Shown: positions 9,377 to 18,900, counted from the stretch's first letter. The stretch: 53,965 nt of DNA from Lachnospiraceae bacterium UBA1258 (GCA_002308235.1 DBVS01000065.1:11492-65456); one strand, 5' to 3'. Notes: generated from the sequence alone by a model not told the origin. Numbers and translations: made by a program.

Positions 9377-10502
9377 TCAGCACCTCCCCTGCATCGATCA
9401 CAATGGTTCTGTCCTTTATTTCCTCAGAGACTGCAAAGGGTGAATCGCTCTTTGCCAGACAGACCCAGTAAAATTCGGTTTCTTTTTTCGAAAGCTCCGC
9501 AAGAAAATCCTGGAACAAAGGCTGCATGCAGGGAGAAAGAATGATATCGAAGGAATCCCTTCTCTCTTCCTCGGAAACGCTTTCGTAGAGTTCTTTGAAA
9601 TCCGTCGTTCCCTTGTTCATATCTATCCTTGCAAGGGCTCTGTTAAGGCTTCTGATAAGACTTGCGCCGCTGCCCTCGCCTATGATAACGGGGCTGTCGT
9701 TAAGGACATCCTTGCCGTTACAGTATACGGAAACCGGGACCTCTTCCGCTGCGGATACTTCTGCGATCTTCACCGCCATGCTGATGCAGAGCTCGTTTAA
9801 TTCGTCGCGGCGAAGAAGGGCATTGCTCTCCATGTTTATGAAGATCCGCATGGTTCGTTTGGTGGTGTAGCCGTGAACATTTACCATAAAGTCGTCGGTT
9901 TTTGCCGAAGCCTTCCAGTTTATGTTCTTCATGCCGTCAAAATCCTGATACTCCCTGATGCCGCGAAGTTCGAATGGATCTTCGATACGGTTTCTTTTGG
10001 CACGGGAATCGCCGTTTATCTTATTTAACAGGGCTTCCGGCAATTCGCAGGGATAGGGTCTCGGATAGACATAGAGATATGAGATACTGTCCACGCTCTG
10101 CAGAAAGATCTTTGACGAAAAAATATCACTGCTGACAACATCAACGCCGTTGAAGTCATAGTATCCCCTTGCGGGACAGGAAAACTTCATGGTCCTGGTA
10201 ACCTTGTTGTAAGCACCGATAGTATAGATGTCCGTCCTGTTAAAATAATCGGAAACACTGGAATTGTCCGCATCACGAAAAAGAAGCTTCCTTGAAAGCT
10301 GAAGCTTCATTTTGACTACGGGCAACGGTAACCACTTGGCATTTTCAATGGTTTCGGTAAGTTCTGCTTCCTCTCCTTCATAAACCTCTTCGGTGCTGAA
10401 AAAAGCTGAAACCTTAAGACCCGTAAACCATTTCTTTCGATATATCAAAAGCTGAAGCGAATACAGTAACCCCAAAAGAGCAGCGAGAAAAATGACATAC
10501 AT
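9354..10502 (-). CDS. DUF58 domain protein
   Basis: IENAKWLPLP, ARGYY, LYVYP, GIREY..D.MKNINWKASAK; follows moxR. Confidence 0.9.
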   Translation of the reverse strand: MYVIFLAALLGLLYSLQLLIYRKKWFTGLKVSAFFSTEEVYEGEEAELTETIENAKWLPLPVVKMKLQLSRKLLFRDADNSSVSDYFNRTDIYTIGAYNKVTRTMKFSCPARGYYDFNGVDVVSSDIFSSKIFLQSVDSISYLYVYPRPYPCELPEALLNKINGDSRAKRNRIEDPFELRGIREYQDFDGMKNINWKASAKTDDFMVNVHGYTTKRTMRIFINMESNALLRRDELNELCISMAVKIAEVSAAEEVPVSVYCNGKDVLNDSPVIIGEGSGASLIRSLNRALARIDMNKGTTDFKELYESVSEEERRDSFDIILSPCMQPLFQDFLAELSKKETEFYWVCLAKSDSPFAVSEEIKDRTIVIDAGEVLNDISRAW

Positions 10503-11443
10503 CAGCGCTCCCGTCCGGCCGTAAAACTTTCTGTAGGCTTTACGGTCTCTTTGAGAATATCCCGTATTATTCCGGCTTCCGCTCCGCTGCTTCCCCGACC
10601 GAGAGACAAAACCAGTCTGTGGGCAAGAACGGGAACAGAAAGAGCACTCACGTCATCGGGGATAACGTAATCCCTTCCGCTTACATAAGCATATGCTTTA
10701 GCCGCATTTAACAAAGCAAGAGTACCTCTGGTGCTCGCACCGGCCAAAACACCTGCGTGCTTTCTGGTGGCGGTGACGATATCGAGAATGTATTTGCGCA
10801 CACCCTCGGAAACATAAACGTTTTCCGCACTTTCACGCATGGAAAGAACATCCTCTTTCGTAAGGACACTCTTCAATTCGGAAAGGGGATCCTCCTTCAT
10901 ATATCTGTCCATGACGGAAAGCTCTTCGTCATAGGAAAGGCCGCCCATGGAAAGTTTCATGAGAAAACGGTCAAGCTGAGCTTCCGGCAGTGGGAAGGTT
11001 CCCGATGTTTCGATAGGGTTCTGTGTCGCGATAACAAAGAAAGGCTCCGCAAGCTTATAGGTCTCTCCGTCAATCGTAACCTGTCTTTCTTCCATGCTCT
11101 CCAACAATCCCGCCTGAGTTCTGGGTGTTGCACGGTTTATTTCGTCCGCAAGGATAATGTTCGCAAAGATAGGTCCCTTGCGAAGTTCAAACACGCCCTG
11201 TGCTTTGTTGTAAACATTAAGTCCCGTAATGTCGGTGGGAAGAAGGTCGGGTGTAAACTGGATCCTTGAAAAGTCCGCATCCAATGATGCCGCCAGACTC
11301 TTTGCAAGTTTTGTCTTTCCGCTTCCGGGCATATCCTCAAGAAGAATATGTCCCCCTGAGATCATAGCCGTGATCATCAATTTGACGATCTCATCCTTCC
11401 CTACTATGACCCGGCTGATGTTGTCAGTAAGTTTTTTAATCAT
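10502..11443 (-). CDS. moxR: MoxR-family AAA+ ATPase
   Basis: GHILLEDMPGSGKT, RIQFTPDLLP, LADEINRATPRTQ, ATQNPIE and LPEAQLDRF. Confidence 0.95.
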   Translation of the reverse strand: MIKKLTDNISRVIVGKDEIVKLMITAMISGGHILLEDMPGSGKTKLAKSLAASLDADFSRIQFTPDLLPTDITGLNVYNKAQGVFELRKGPIFANIILADEINRATPRTQAGLLESMEERQVTIDGETYKLAEPFFVIATQNPIETSGTFPLPEAQLDRFLMKLSMGGLSYDEELSVMDRYMKEDPLSELKSVLTKEDVLSMRESAENVYVSEGVRKYILDIVTATRKHAGVLAGASTRGTLALLNAAKAYAYVSGRDYVIPDDVSALSVPVLAHRLVLSLGRGSSGAEAGIIRDILKETVKPTESFTAGRER

Positions 11444-11548
11444 TTTCGTAACCCCGTTGTAATTGTCAGACTATTAAGTTAATTTGCACCATGTTCTCTT
11501 AACTATGAAAGGATACTTGCAAGAAAAATCCATCTTGCAATATCGGAT

Positions 11549-12712
11549 TCATTTAAAAACGTGTCCGCCGATCTGATACCTCGCTCCGTAGCCCTCTATG
11601 GGTGTTCTGAAGAACAGGCAATTCGAAACATTGGTATATCCGCTCATGGCGGCATCTGCGGCATTGTAACAGCTCTGTGATGTCTTTCCTATGGCTAAGT
11701 AGTGGTCATATCGTCCGCTGGCTACGGGAGAGAACTGCCATTTCTGACGGATAACGCCTTCAAGTGTGTTGGGAAAGGCCCCGCTCAGCAATCTGTTGAT
11801 CACCACCGCACCCACGGCGATCTGCCCTTCATAAGGCTCTCCGCCGGCTTCGCAGTAGATTAAAACTGCCAGTTTATATCTGTCGTCAGGTTCAAAAGAT
11901 ACTTCCGAAATACTTCGCCATGCAAGGCTCGCTGCCAGACGGGCAAGTCTTTCTTCTTCCGCAAGCTGTTTCTTTAGCTTTTCAACGCTGTTATTCGCGG
12001 CTGCAAGTTCTTTTTCTTTGGCCAGAGCGACCTGCTCGGCCTCGTCGATAAGATCGTTGTACTCCGCGATATTGGCGTTGGTCTTGTCGATAACTACCAG
12101 TACATTGCCTTTTTCCGTCTCGGTCTCCACCATCAGTCCGTCGAGGTCGGCCTTCTCGCTTTGCAGCTTAGCTTCAAGAACTTCGATGGATATTCGAAGC
12201 TGCTTGAATTCCTCGAACTTCTTCCGATCGTAATCCGCCAGGCTTTCCATGTTTCGGCTCATGGTGATGAGGTCGGAAAAAGTCTTTGCATGGAAGAGTA
12301 TGTCAAGATACACGGTCTCGCTGTTCTCGTACATAAACTGTATGCGTTTCTTCATGGCCTCATACTGCTTGGCTTCCTCGTCTCTTGCATCAGCCAGATC
12401 CGCTTCGGTCTGTTCGATCTCGGATTCTTTTTCCGCGATCAGACCTTCCAGATAACTGATCCTTTCAAAGATTCTGTCAAGCTCCGCCTTTAGCTTTTCG
12501 AGCTCCTTGTTCAGCTTGTTCTTGCGATTTGTAAGGGAGTCGACTTCCTTTTGGGCCTGCTCGGCCTTCTTCTTCGCTTCCTCCTGCTTACGTTTGGCCT
12601 CTTCAAGCTTTTCTTTGGTGGTTGCGGCGTGTACCGGTTGGTATGGAATTGATCCCCAAAGGATGATAACCGCGATAAACGCGGCCAAAAACCGTTTGAT
12701 AATTCGCTTCAC
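11549..12712 (-). CDS. Secreted cell-wall hydrolase: coiled-coil N-terminus plus SleB/Hydrolase_2 domain
   Basis: Signal peptide, long heptad region, and C-terminal LIYCEAGGEPYEGQIAVGAVVINR..FPNT...QFSPV. Confidence 0.88.
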   Translation of the reverse strand: MKRIIKRFLAAFIAVIILWGSIPYQPVHAATTKEKLEEAKRKQEEAKKKAEQAQKEVDSLTNRKNKLNKELEKLKAELDRIFERISYLEGLIAEKESEIEQTEADLADARDEEAKQYEAMKKRIQFMYENSETVYLDILFHAKTFSDLITMSRNMESLADYDRKKFEEFKQLRISIEVLEAKLQSEKADLDGLMVETETEKGNVLVVIDKTNANIAEYNDLIDEAEQVALAKEKELAAANNSVEKLKKQLAEEERLARLAASLAWRSISEVSFEPDDRYKLAVLIYCEAGGEPYEGQIAVGAVVINRLLSGAFPNTLEGVIRQKWQFSPVASGRYDHYLAIGKTSQSCYNAADAAMSGYTNVSNCLFFRTPIEGYGARYQIGGHVFK

Positions 12713-12724
12713 TTTATTCTCCGG

Positions 12725-13204
12725 TTACATTTCCAATTCAACTTTGCGTCCGGTGCGTTGATACTGATAATATCTGACTCCCGCGGCATCAAGCATCATC
12801 TTTGAAGCCCGTGTGGAGGGCGCATCGGCATATTTGTCGCTGTCATAAACTATTGTTTTGATCCCGGCCTGGATAATGGCCTTGGCGCATTCGTTACAGG
12901 GGAACAAAGAAACGTAAATCTTTGCGCCTTCAAGACTTCCGCCCCGATAGTTCAGAATTGCGTTAAGCTCGCTGTGAGTAACAAAAGCGTACTTTGTCTC
13001 CAGCATGCCACCCTCCCTTTCCCAGGGAAATTCGTCATCCGAACAGTTCTTGGGAAATCCGTTATAACCCATGGAAAGGATTTTGTTGTCACTGCTGACA
13101 ATGCAGGCCCCAACCTGAGTGTTTGGGTCCTTGGAACGCATACCCGAGAGTTTCGATACTCCCATGAAATATTCGTCCCATGAAATGTAATCTTCTCGCT
13201 TCAT
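12725..13204 (-). CDS. dCMP deaminase
   Basis: WDEYFM, RSKDPNTQVGA, HSELNAI and PCNEC (Zn-binding HxE/PCxxC). Confidence 0.93.
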   Translation of the reverse strand: MKREDYISWDEYFMGVSKLSGMRSKDPNTQVGACIVSSDNKILSMGYNGFPKNCSDDEFPWEREGGMLETKYAFVTHSELNAILNYRGGSLEGAKIYVSLFPCNECAKAIIQAGIKTIVYDSDKYADAPSTRASKMMLDAAGVRYYQYQRTGRKVELEM

Positions 13205-13295
13205 TTGTTATCCCCCGTGTAGATCCTGCGACTGGCTGACCATCGCTCACAATGCCATGATTGCTGCACCTATGCGCTTGTGTCGCAACAGTAAT

Positions 13296-13925
13296 TTATT
13301 TCGTTCCGAAGATGCGGTCGCCTGCGTCACCGAGACCGGGAACGATATAAGCGTGCTCGTTAAGATGATCGTCAAGAGCTCCCACATAAATATCAACATC
13401 GGGATGAGCCTCGGTCATGCGCTTGATTCCTTCGGGAGCGGCAATGATACACATAAAGTGGATCTTCTTGCATCCTTTGTCCTTAAGCATCTGAATGGCC
13501 GCAACGCTTGAACCGCCGGTAGCAAGCATGGGATCCACAACAAATACTTCACGTTCGTTGCAGTCTGCGGGCAGCTTGCAGTAATATTCAACAGGCTCAT
13601 GTGTGTCGGGATCTCTGTAAAGACCGATGTGTCCGACCTTTGCTGCGGGAATGAGAGTAAGCATTCCGTCTACCATTCCGAGTCCTGCACGAAGAATGGG
13701 AATAATGGCCATCTTCTTTCCTTTTAATTCCTTGACGGTCGTCTTGCAGATGGGTGTTTCGATTTCGACCTCGGCAAGTTCAAGATCACGTGTTGCTTCG
13801 TAGCAAATGAGCTGGGCAATCTCGGAAATGGTCTGTCTGAAATCCTTAGTACCCGTATCCTTTCTGCGGATATATCCGATTTTGTGCTGAATCAACGGAT
13901 GATCCATAATCACTACCTTTGCCAT
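13296..13925 (-). CDS. upp: Uracil phosphoribosyltransferase
   Basis: [19 protein letters not shown] and [17 protein letters not shown]. Confidence 0.97.
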   Translation of the reverse strand: MAKVVIMDHPLIQHKIGYIRRKDTGTKDFRQTISEIAQLICYEATRDLELAEVEIETPICKTTVKELKGKKMAIIPILRAGLGMVDGMLTLIPAAKVGHIGLYRDPDTHEPVEYYCKLPADCNEREVFVVDPMLATGGSSVAAIQMLKDKGCKKIHFMCIIAAPEGIKRMTEAHPDVDIYVGALDDHLNEHAYIVPGLGDAGDRIFGTK

Positions 13926-13940
13926 AATAATTCCTCCTGA

Positions 13941-14372
13941 TCAGTTGTTTTCTATAAGCGCAATTCTCCGTGCATGTCTGTCTTCTCCGGAGAATGACGT
14001 TGCTAAAAATGCATCTACGATGCCTATTGCAAGGCTCGGGCCCACAATTCCCGCTCCGAGTGCAAGAACATTGGCATCGTTGTGAAGTCTGGTGAGTTTT
14101 GCGCTCACCGTGTCCGAACAAAGAGCACAGCGAATGCCCTTAACCTTGTTTGCGGTAATGGAAATACCGATTCCGGTGGTGCAGATTACGATTCCTCTGT
14201 CGCACTCGCCCGAGGCAACTGCCTCCGCAACCTTACGCCCGTAAATGGGGTAATCGCAGGAGGTTTTGTCGTAGCAGCCGTAATCCTTGACCTCGAATCC
14301 TCTTTCTTTAAGATGTTCGATTACCTGTGTTTTTAAATCATATCCGCCGTGATCGCTTCCGATTGCTATCAT
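13941..14372 (-). CDS. rpiB: Ribose-5-phosphate isomerase B
   Basis: IGSDHGG, CTTGIGISITANK, HNDANVLALG and RHARRI. Confidence 0.95.
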   Translation of the reverse strand: MIAIGSDHGGYDLKTQVIEHLKERGFEVKDYGCYDKTSCDYPIYGRKVAEAVASGECDRGIVICTTGIGISITANKVKGIRCALCSDTVSAKLTRLHNDANVLALGAGIVGPSLAIGIVDAFLATSFSGEDRHARRIALIENN

Positions 14373-15430
14373 AAGTCCTCCTTGGTCAAATCTATAATCT
14401 TATGGCCCGCAGCCTTTAAAAGCCTGTTCATAATGGCCGCGCCGACGCCCTTTTCATCAAAGGCCTCGGAATATATCTTTTCGGTGTTTTCATCGTCAAA
14501 TTCCCGAAGCACCCTGAAAAGGCTGTGGGCCGTTTCTTCGTTATTGCCTGCGGAACCAACGGGTTTAACCGTGCCTTCCCGATATTTCTTCGCATTTTCG
14601 GATGAAGCAATGATACCCACCGAATAACCGTTTCGGATATCCTCCGAAACCAGGGAATTGATCTTTTCAACCACCCTGTCGGAAGCTCCGTATATGACCG
14701 TAAGCTCCCCCTTGGGAGCGTAGTGCCTGTACTTCATGCCGGGGGCCTTCGGTCTGTCGCCCTCATGTTTAAGGGCCGGATCTGTACCGACATAAACACC
14801 CAGCACACTTTGAATCATCTCCGCGGAAATGAATCCGGGCCTTAAGATAACGGGCTTTCCTTCGGAAAAATCAACTATCGTCGACTCAAGTCCCACCTCG
14901 GAATCGCCGCCGTCGATTATCATATCGATACGTCCGCACATGTCCTCACAGACAAATTTGGCGGATGTGGGACTGGGACGCCCCGAGATGTTGGCGCTGG
15001 GAGCCGCTATAAAGCCCCCGGAGGCTTCGATAAGGGCACGGGCCGTTTTATCGGAAGGCATGCGCACCGCAACCGTTTCAAGTCCGCCTGTGGTCTCCTT
15101 AGGGACTATGGGTTTCTTTTTGAATATCATGGTAAGGGGGCCCGGCCAGTATGCCTCCGAAAGCTTAAGTGCATCTTCCGGAATCTCTTCCGCGATCTTA
15201 TAAAGGTCATCAAGCTTTGAAATGTGGACGATCAGCGGATTGTCTGAGGGTCTTCCCTTTGCGCTGTAGATCTTTTGCGAGGATTCGGGATTGAGCGCAT
15301 CTCCCCCGAGTCCGTAAACTGTTTCGGTGGGAAAAGCAACCAGTCCTCCCCGCCTTATGATTTCGCCGGCTCTCTTTATGGCGCCATGGTCTATGTTATC
15401 TTGATTAATCGTAACTACTTCTGTGTTCAT
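14369..15430 (-). CDS. sua5: L-threonylcarbamoyladenylate synthase (Sua5 type)
   Basis: VAFPTETVYGLG, KGRPSDNPLIVH, WPGPLT, APSANISG and APGMKYRHYAP. Confidence 0.95.
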   Translation of the reverse strand: MNTEVVTINQDNIDHGAIKRAGEIIRRGGLVAFPTETVYGLGGDALNPESSQKIYSAKGRPSDNPLIVHISKLDDLYKIAEEIPEDALKLSEAYWPGPLTMIFKKKPIVPKETTGGLETVAVRMPSDKTARALIEASGGFIAAPSANISGRPSPTSAKFVCEDMCGRIDMIIDGGDSEVGLESTIVDFSEGKPVILRPGFISAEMIQSVLGVYVGTDPALKHEGDRPKAPGMKYRHYAPKGELTVIYGASDRVVEKINSLVSEDIRNGYSVGIIASSENAKKYREGTVKPVGSAGNNEETAHSLFRVLREFDDENTEKIYSEAFDEKGVGAAIMNRLLKAAGHKIIDLTKEDL

Positions 15431-15495
15431 ACTCTATTCAGTATACCATTTTGCGCTTTCTTTGTACACACATACGTAACGCGTGTAAACAAAGC

Positions 15496-15534
15496 AAAAA
15501 GGTAACTGCAGGGACAGATCCCAATACAGTTACC
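15496..15534 (-). terminator. Intrinsic terminator of the GH18 gene
   Basis: GGTAACTG/CAGTTACC stem with an inner hairpin; the A-run at 15496-15500 is the U-tract on the minus strand. Confidence 0.6.
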
Positions 15535-15551
15535 CTTATTATTTACTTAAA

Positions 15552-17237
15552 TCATTCGTTCATATAGGCTTCGATAACGGTCCAGATATCGGGAGTTTCC
15601 TGCCCCAGTTTCCAGGAAGCAACACCTGCGATGCCTGCTGCCTGCATGACATTCAATCTGATCTTTATCGAATCCGCATCTTCAAGCCATACCTGCCACA
15701 GTTCCTTGCCGATGGTAACCTCACCATAATTCTGTTTGGTGGCATCGTCATAGGCGGGCTTGATCTTGTTCTTTGTAAGGAAGTTCTGAGATACTTCCAT
15801 GGTCACAGCCTGAGAGGTAACTTCATTTCCCTTGGTGGTCCAAACGCGGGTGTAAAAAGGAACTGCGTTGATGACCTGACGGGCGGGTACGTAATTGATC
15901 GTGTCTTTGATACCCTTTTCCATCCAGGGAATACTCGAAACCGAACCTGCGGCACTTCCGACGTAGTGTTCGTCGTAGCCCATGATTATGATATAATCGG
16001 CAAATTTGGCCTGCTCATGTCTGTTGTAATGAGCCGTGTATTCCGTGGGAACATAGTTATCTACGGAAAGCACCAGATTGTATTTGTGACACTCGACGCC
16101 CAGCTCTCTTACAAACTGAACGTAATGGGTGCTGACTGCCACGGGAACATTTTCAAAGTCTAAGTTGATCCCGTCCGCGCCGCGGGAAACCACATCTGCG
16201 ACAAGCTCCGTAACAAGTCTGTTTCTTTTGCTCGTATAAGCAAGAATCTCGTAAAGGTCAACCTTGTAATCAAGGTTTGAAACAAGGGGCCAGACCTCGA
16301 TGCCTCTGCCGTGGGCATAATCCACATAGTTGGCATTCGCCACATTCTTAAAGTTTCCGTCATTGTCGGAAAGACGATACCAGGTGGGCGATACCACATT
16401 TACACTCCTGGTATTTGCAAGAGCCTGCTTAAGATCGGCGCCGTCCTGCGGAAATTCTATATTGTGCCAGGTAAGATTGATCTTATGGTCTCTTACAAGA
16501 CAAATAAGTTCGTCGCTAAATGCATCATTTACGGGAGTCTCATCCTCAAAGCGCTCGTTTGTAAGCTTGGAGTTTTCAACATAGCCGATGAATGAATCCT
16601 TTGTCTTGACCTTGGTCCAGGTGTCCATGACCTCAAGGACTTCGACAACATCATCCTTTGCCACATCGGTAAGGATTGCACTCTTTACACCCGCCAGCCA
16701 TCTTACCTGAGTGTCGGCCTTGATGTCCGCAACGGTTTTCCGGCCCCACTCGGTGTAAAGCTGCATGTGGTCGGGCTCCGGAAATACTTCGTAGGAGAAA
16801 TTCACGAACTTTTTAAGATAATCGGCCGCAATATAGAGGGTGTCATCCTTTACAAGACAGGTGATGTAGTTTTCGGTGAAGGTCTCACCGTCCTTCGTAT
16901 AGGTCTTCCCGCCGAGTTCCGCACTGACGGTTGCATCCGACATGGTATAAAGCAGGAGATTCTCATTGGTGTCTACATAGAAACGCTCCGTGAAATAATC
17001 TTCGATCATGCTCTGATCGAAATAAATCACACCGTCGATCTTGTGTGCGTATACATCAATCCTTGCATCCTGAAGGATAATGGGAATGTCGCTTGAGGAA
17101 TAGATTTTGAAATAATCGTTCAGATCGGCCCTCTCGGTGCCGTATGAATATCTGTCGACTATCTTCTTTCCAAAAGACATATAGCCGATTATAATAATCA
17201 AAACAATTGCGATGATTACGGGAATTACTTTCTTCAT
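15552..17237 (-). CDS. Membrane-anchored glycoside hydrolase family 18 protein with SH3-like domain
   Basis: N-terminal TM helix; SH3b-like WTKVKTKDSFIGYV; GH18 motifs VVSPTWY, DGINLDFE, IMGYDEH, VPFYTRVW and GVASWKLG. Confidence 0.88.
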   Translation of the reverse strand: MKKVIPVIIAIVLIIIIGYMSFGKKIVDRYSYGTERADLNDYFKIYSSSDIPIILQDARIDVYAHKIDGVIYFDQSMIEDYFTERFYVDTNENLLLYTMSDATVSAELGGKTYTKDGETFTENYITCLVKDDTLYIAADYLKKFVNFSYEVFPEPDHMQLYTEWGRKTVADIKADTQVRWLAGVKSAILTDVAKDDVVEVLEVMDTWTKVKTKDSFIGYVENSKLTNERFEDETPVNDAFSDELICLVRDHKINLTWHNIEFPQDGADLKQALANTRSVNVVSPTWYRLSDNDGNFKNVANANYVDYAHGRGIEVWPLVSNLDYKVDLYEILAYTSKRNRLVTELVADVVSRGADGINLDFENVPVAVSTHYVQFVRELGVECHKYNLVLSVDNYVPTEYTAHYNRHEQAKFADYIIIMGYDEHYVGSAAGSVSSIPWMEKGIKDTINYVPARQVINAVPFYTRVWTTKGNEVTSQAVTMEVSQNFLTKNKIKPAYDDATKQNYGEVTIGKELWQVWLEDADSIKIRLNVMQAAGIAGVASWKLGQETPDIWTVIEAYMNE

Positions 17238-17320
17238 TTGATACCCCTTGGTTAAATTAATGCTGTGTTGTATTATAACAGAATTATTCCCTTTGGTACA
17301 TCAAAAAATAAAATCGCCTC

Positions 17321-17349
17321 TTGCTTTTTTCTTTGAAATGTGTTTTACT
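17321..17349 (+). promoter_or_regulatory. Putative sigma-A promoter
   Basis: TTGCTT (17321-26), 17-bp spacer, extended -10 TG-T-TTTACT (17341-49); predicted start ~17356. Confidence 0.45.
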
Positions 17350-17355
17350 CTTTCT

Positions 17356-17627
17356 ACGATGCTCCGGCACGAATCCACATTCGGGAAGGAGCCGTGATTA
17401 TTCATTTAAGACGGTTAATTTAATTCTATTTCCGTTTTATACGGACGTCTTTTGACACTGTCGGTGTCTTTTGGGGAACATCTTGTTACTCCGAAAATTT
17501 TCACAAAATAATTCAAACATAACATTTAAATGCAGGTAACTTTATTTTTGTTCTTTTTTATTCATAAAGAATGAGTGTTTGGAGCATCGGTTCGCTATCA
17601 AAACCCGGTTTTGATTATTTATCACGG
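17356..17627 (+). ncRNA. Candidate structured RNA or long 5' leader (family not identified)
   Basis: CGATGCTCC (17357-65) pairs with GGAGCATCG (17581-89) and encloses several hairpins; a possible crossing pair CCGTGAT (17392-98) / ATCACGG (17621-27). Confidence 0.4.
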
Positions 17628-17653
17628 GAATTATATGAAAGGAGCTTTTTCAA

Positions 17654-17833
17654 TTGTATTGCAGTAAATATATGAAAAGCTTGCACAAAAACGGCGTAAA
17701 GCTTTACTTTTGCGGCAAACCGGTTAATCCGTTTATTTTGCGGTACTTTTTGGGCGGACGGGACGGTTTAAAGATCGGCACCGTTTACGACAGGCGCGGT
17801 AACCTTAAAGAAGTGCATTACTCCTACGCCTGA
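17654..17833 (+). CDS. Small hypothetical protein (59 aa; below the ORF-track cutoff)
   Basis: AAAGGAG SD then TTG (alternative ATG at 17672). Reads MYCSKYMKSLHKNGVKLYFCGKPVNPFILRYFLGGRDGLKIGTVYDRRGNLKEVHYSYA*, followed directly by a terminator. Confidence 0.65.
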   Translation: MYCSKYMKSLHKNGVKLYFCGKPVNPFILRYFLGGRDGLKIGTVYDRRGNLKEVHYSYA

Positions 17834-17841
17834 CGTGGTGT

Positions 17842-17881
17842 ACGGTTCCCTGCGTCCTGCGGGGAACCGTCCCTTTCTTTT
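17842..17881 (+). terminator. Intrinsic terminator
   Basis: ACGGTTCCC...GGGAACCGT stem followed by a T-rich tract. Confidence 0.75.
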
Positions 17882-18017
17882 CGAAATTGCCCGGCATCCT
17901 CCTTCGAGCAATCCCGAAAAATTAGAGAAAAATTAATTAAGTATAACGGCTTTTTGACCGAAATATAATACAAGATAAAAAAATAATTAAATATTTCAAA
18001 AACCTGTCACGGTTAAC

Positions 18018-18046
18018 TTGACGTAAACAAGAATTAAGCATAATAT
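18018..18046 (+). promoter_or_regulatory. Putative sigma-A promoter of mecA
   Basis: TTGACG, 17-bp spacer, TAATAT. Confidence 0.5.
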
Positions 18047-18129
18047 TCATATAAGTCAAAAGCAACTCAGTTGCTTTGCAGTCGGAAAGAACCCTTGGGT
18101 GCTTACACCGACCGGAAAGGAGGAACCGT

Positions 18130-18852
18130 ATGAAGATCGAGAAAGTGAATGAACATCAGATCAGATGCACATTGACCCAGGAAGATTTGGCATCTCGCAG
18201 ACTCAAGCTCAGCGAGCTTGCTTATGGTTCCGATAAAGCAAAGGATCTCTTCAGAGACATGATGGAGAAGGCCAACGACGAATGCGGCTTCGATGCGGAC
18301 AATATCCCTCTTATGATAGAGGCTATTCCCGTAAATTCCGAGTGTATCGTCCTTATCATCACCAAGGTTGAAGATCCCGACGAATTCGATACCAGATTTT
18401 CCAAGTTTGCTCCCGGAATCAGCGATCTTTCGGATTCTGATGACGACGATGATTCCGATGACTCTGCAAATGAAGATTTTATAAGCATCTCCGAGCTGTT
18501 AAATAAATTCAAGGATTCCGCAGCCAATGCTTCGGGCTCCAAGAAAAAGAACGATTTCAACGGAATGGCTTTTGCATTCTCATCCATTACCGAGCTTGCG
18601 GCTATCTCGAAGAGTGCGCTTAGTTTCTTCAACGGATCCAGCTCTCTTTACTACGACAAGATGAACGAGAGATACATGCTCGTCATCGCCCGCGACAAGA
18701 TGGACATGGCCGAATTCGTGCAGGTTTGCAATCTCTTCGGAGAATATGGCGAGCCCGCAAAGGGAAGACTTCTTGCCGAGAGTTATCTCAAAGAGCATTA
18801 TGAAGTGATCTGTGCTTCGGATGCGGTCAAGATGCTTTCTGAAATTGCTTAA
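18130..18852 (+). CDS. mecA: ClpC adaptor protein MecA
   Basis: MKIEKVNEHQIRCTLT..DL..R, LMIEAIP, acidic linker, and C-terminal EYG..YLKEHYEVI. AAGGAGG SD before ATG 18130. Confidence 0.9.
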   Translation: MKIEKVNEHQIRCTLTQEDLASRRLKLSELAYGSDKAKDLFRDMMEKANDECGFDADNIPLMIEAIPVNSECIVLIITKVEDPDEFDTRFSKFAPGISDLSDSDDDDDSDDSANEDFISISELLNKFKDSAANASGSKKKNDFNGMAFAFSSITELAAISKSALSFFNGSSSLYYDKMNERYMLVIARDKMDMAEFVQVCNLFGEYGEPAKGRLLAESYLKEHYEVICASDAVKMLSEIA

Positions 18853-18858
18853 CAGAAT

Positions 18859-18899
18859 AAAAGACCCGCCACGGACGAACCGCGGCGGGGTATTTTTTT
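18859..18899. terminator. Bidirectional intrinsic terminator
   Basis: CCCGCC-ACGG..CCGC-GGCGGG stem flanked by an A-run and a T-run, between convergent genes. Confidence 0.75.
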
Positions 18900-18900
18900 C

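Noticed and set aside
13220-13240. GCGACTGGC resembling the ZMP/ZTP riboswitch core
   Set aside because: It is on the strand opposite the genes and the downstream CGCCTGGG pseudoknot element is absent.
17938-17965. Sigma-28-like TAAG-N16-CCGAAAT upstream of mecA
   Set aside because: It has a mismatch in the -10 core and a better sigma-A promoter lies closer to the gene.
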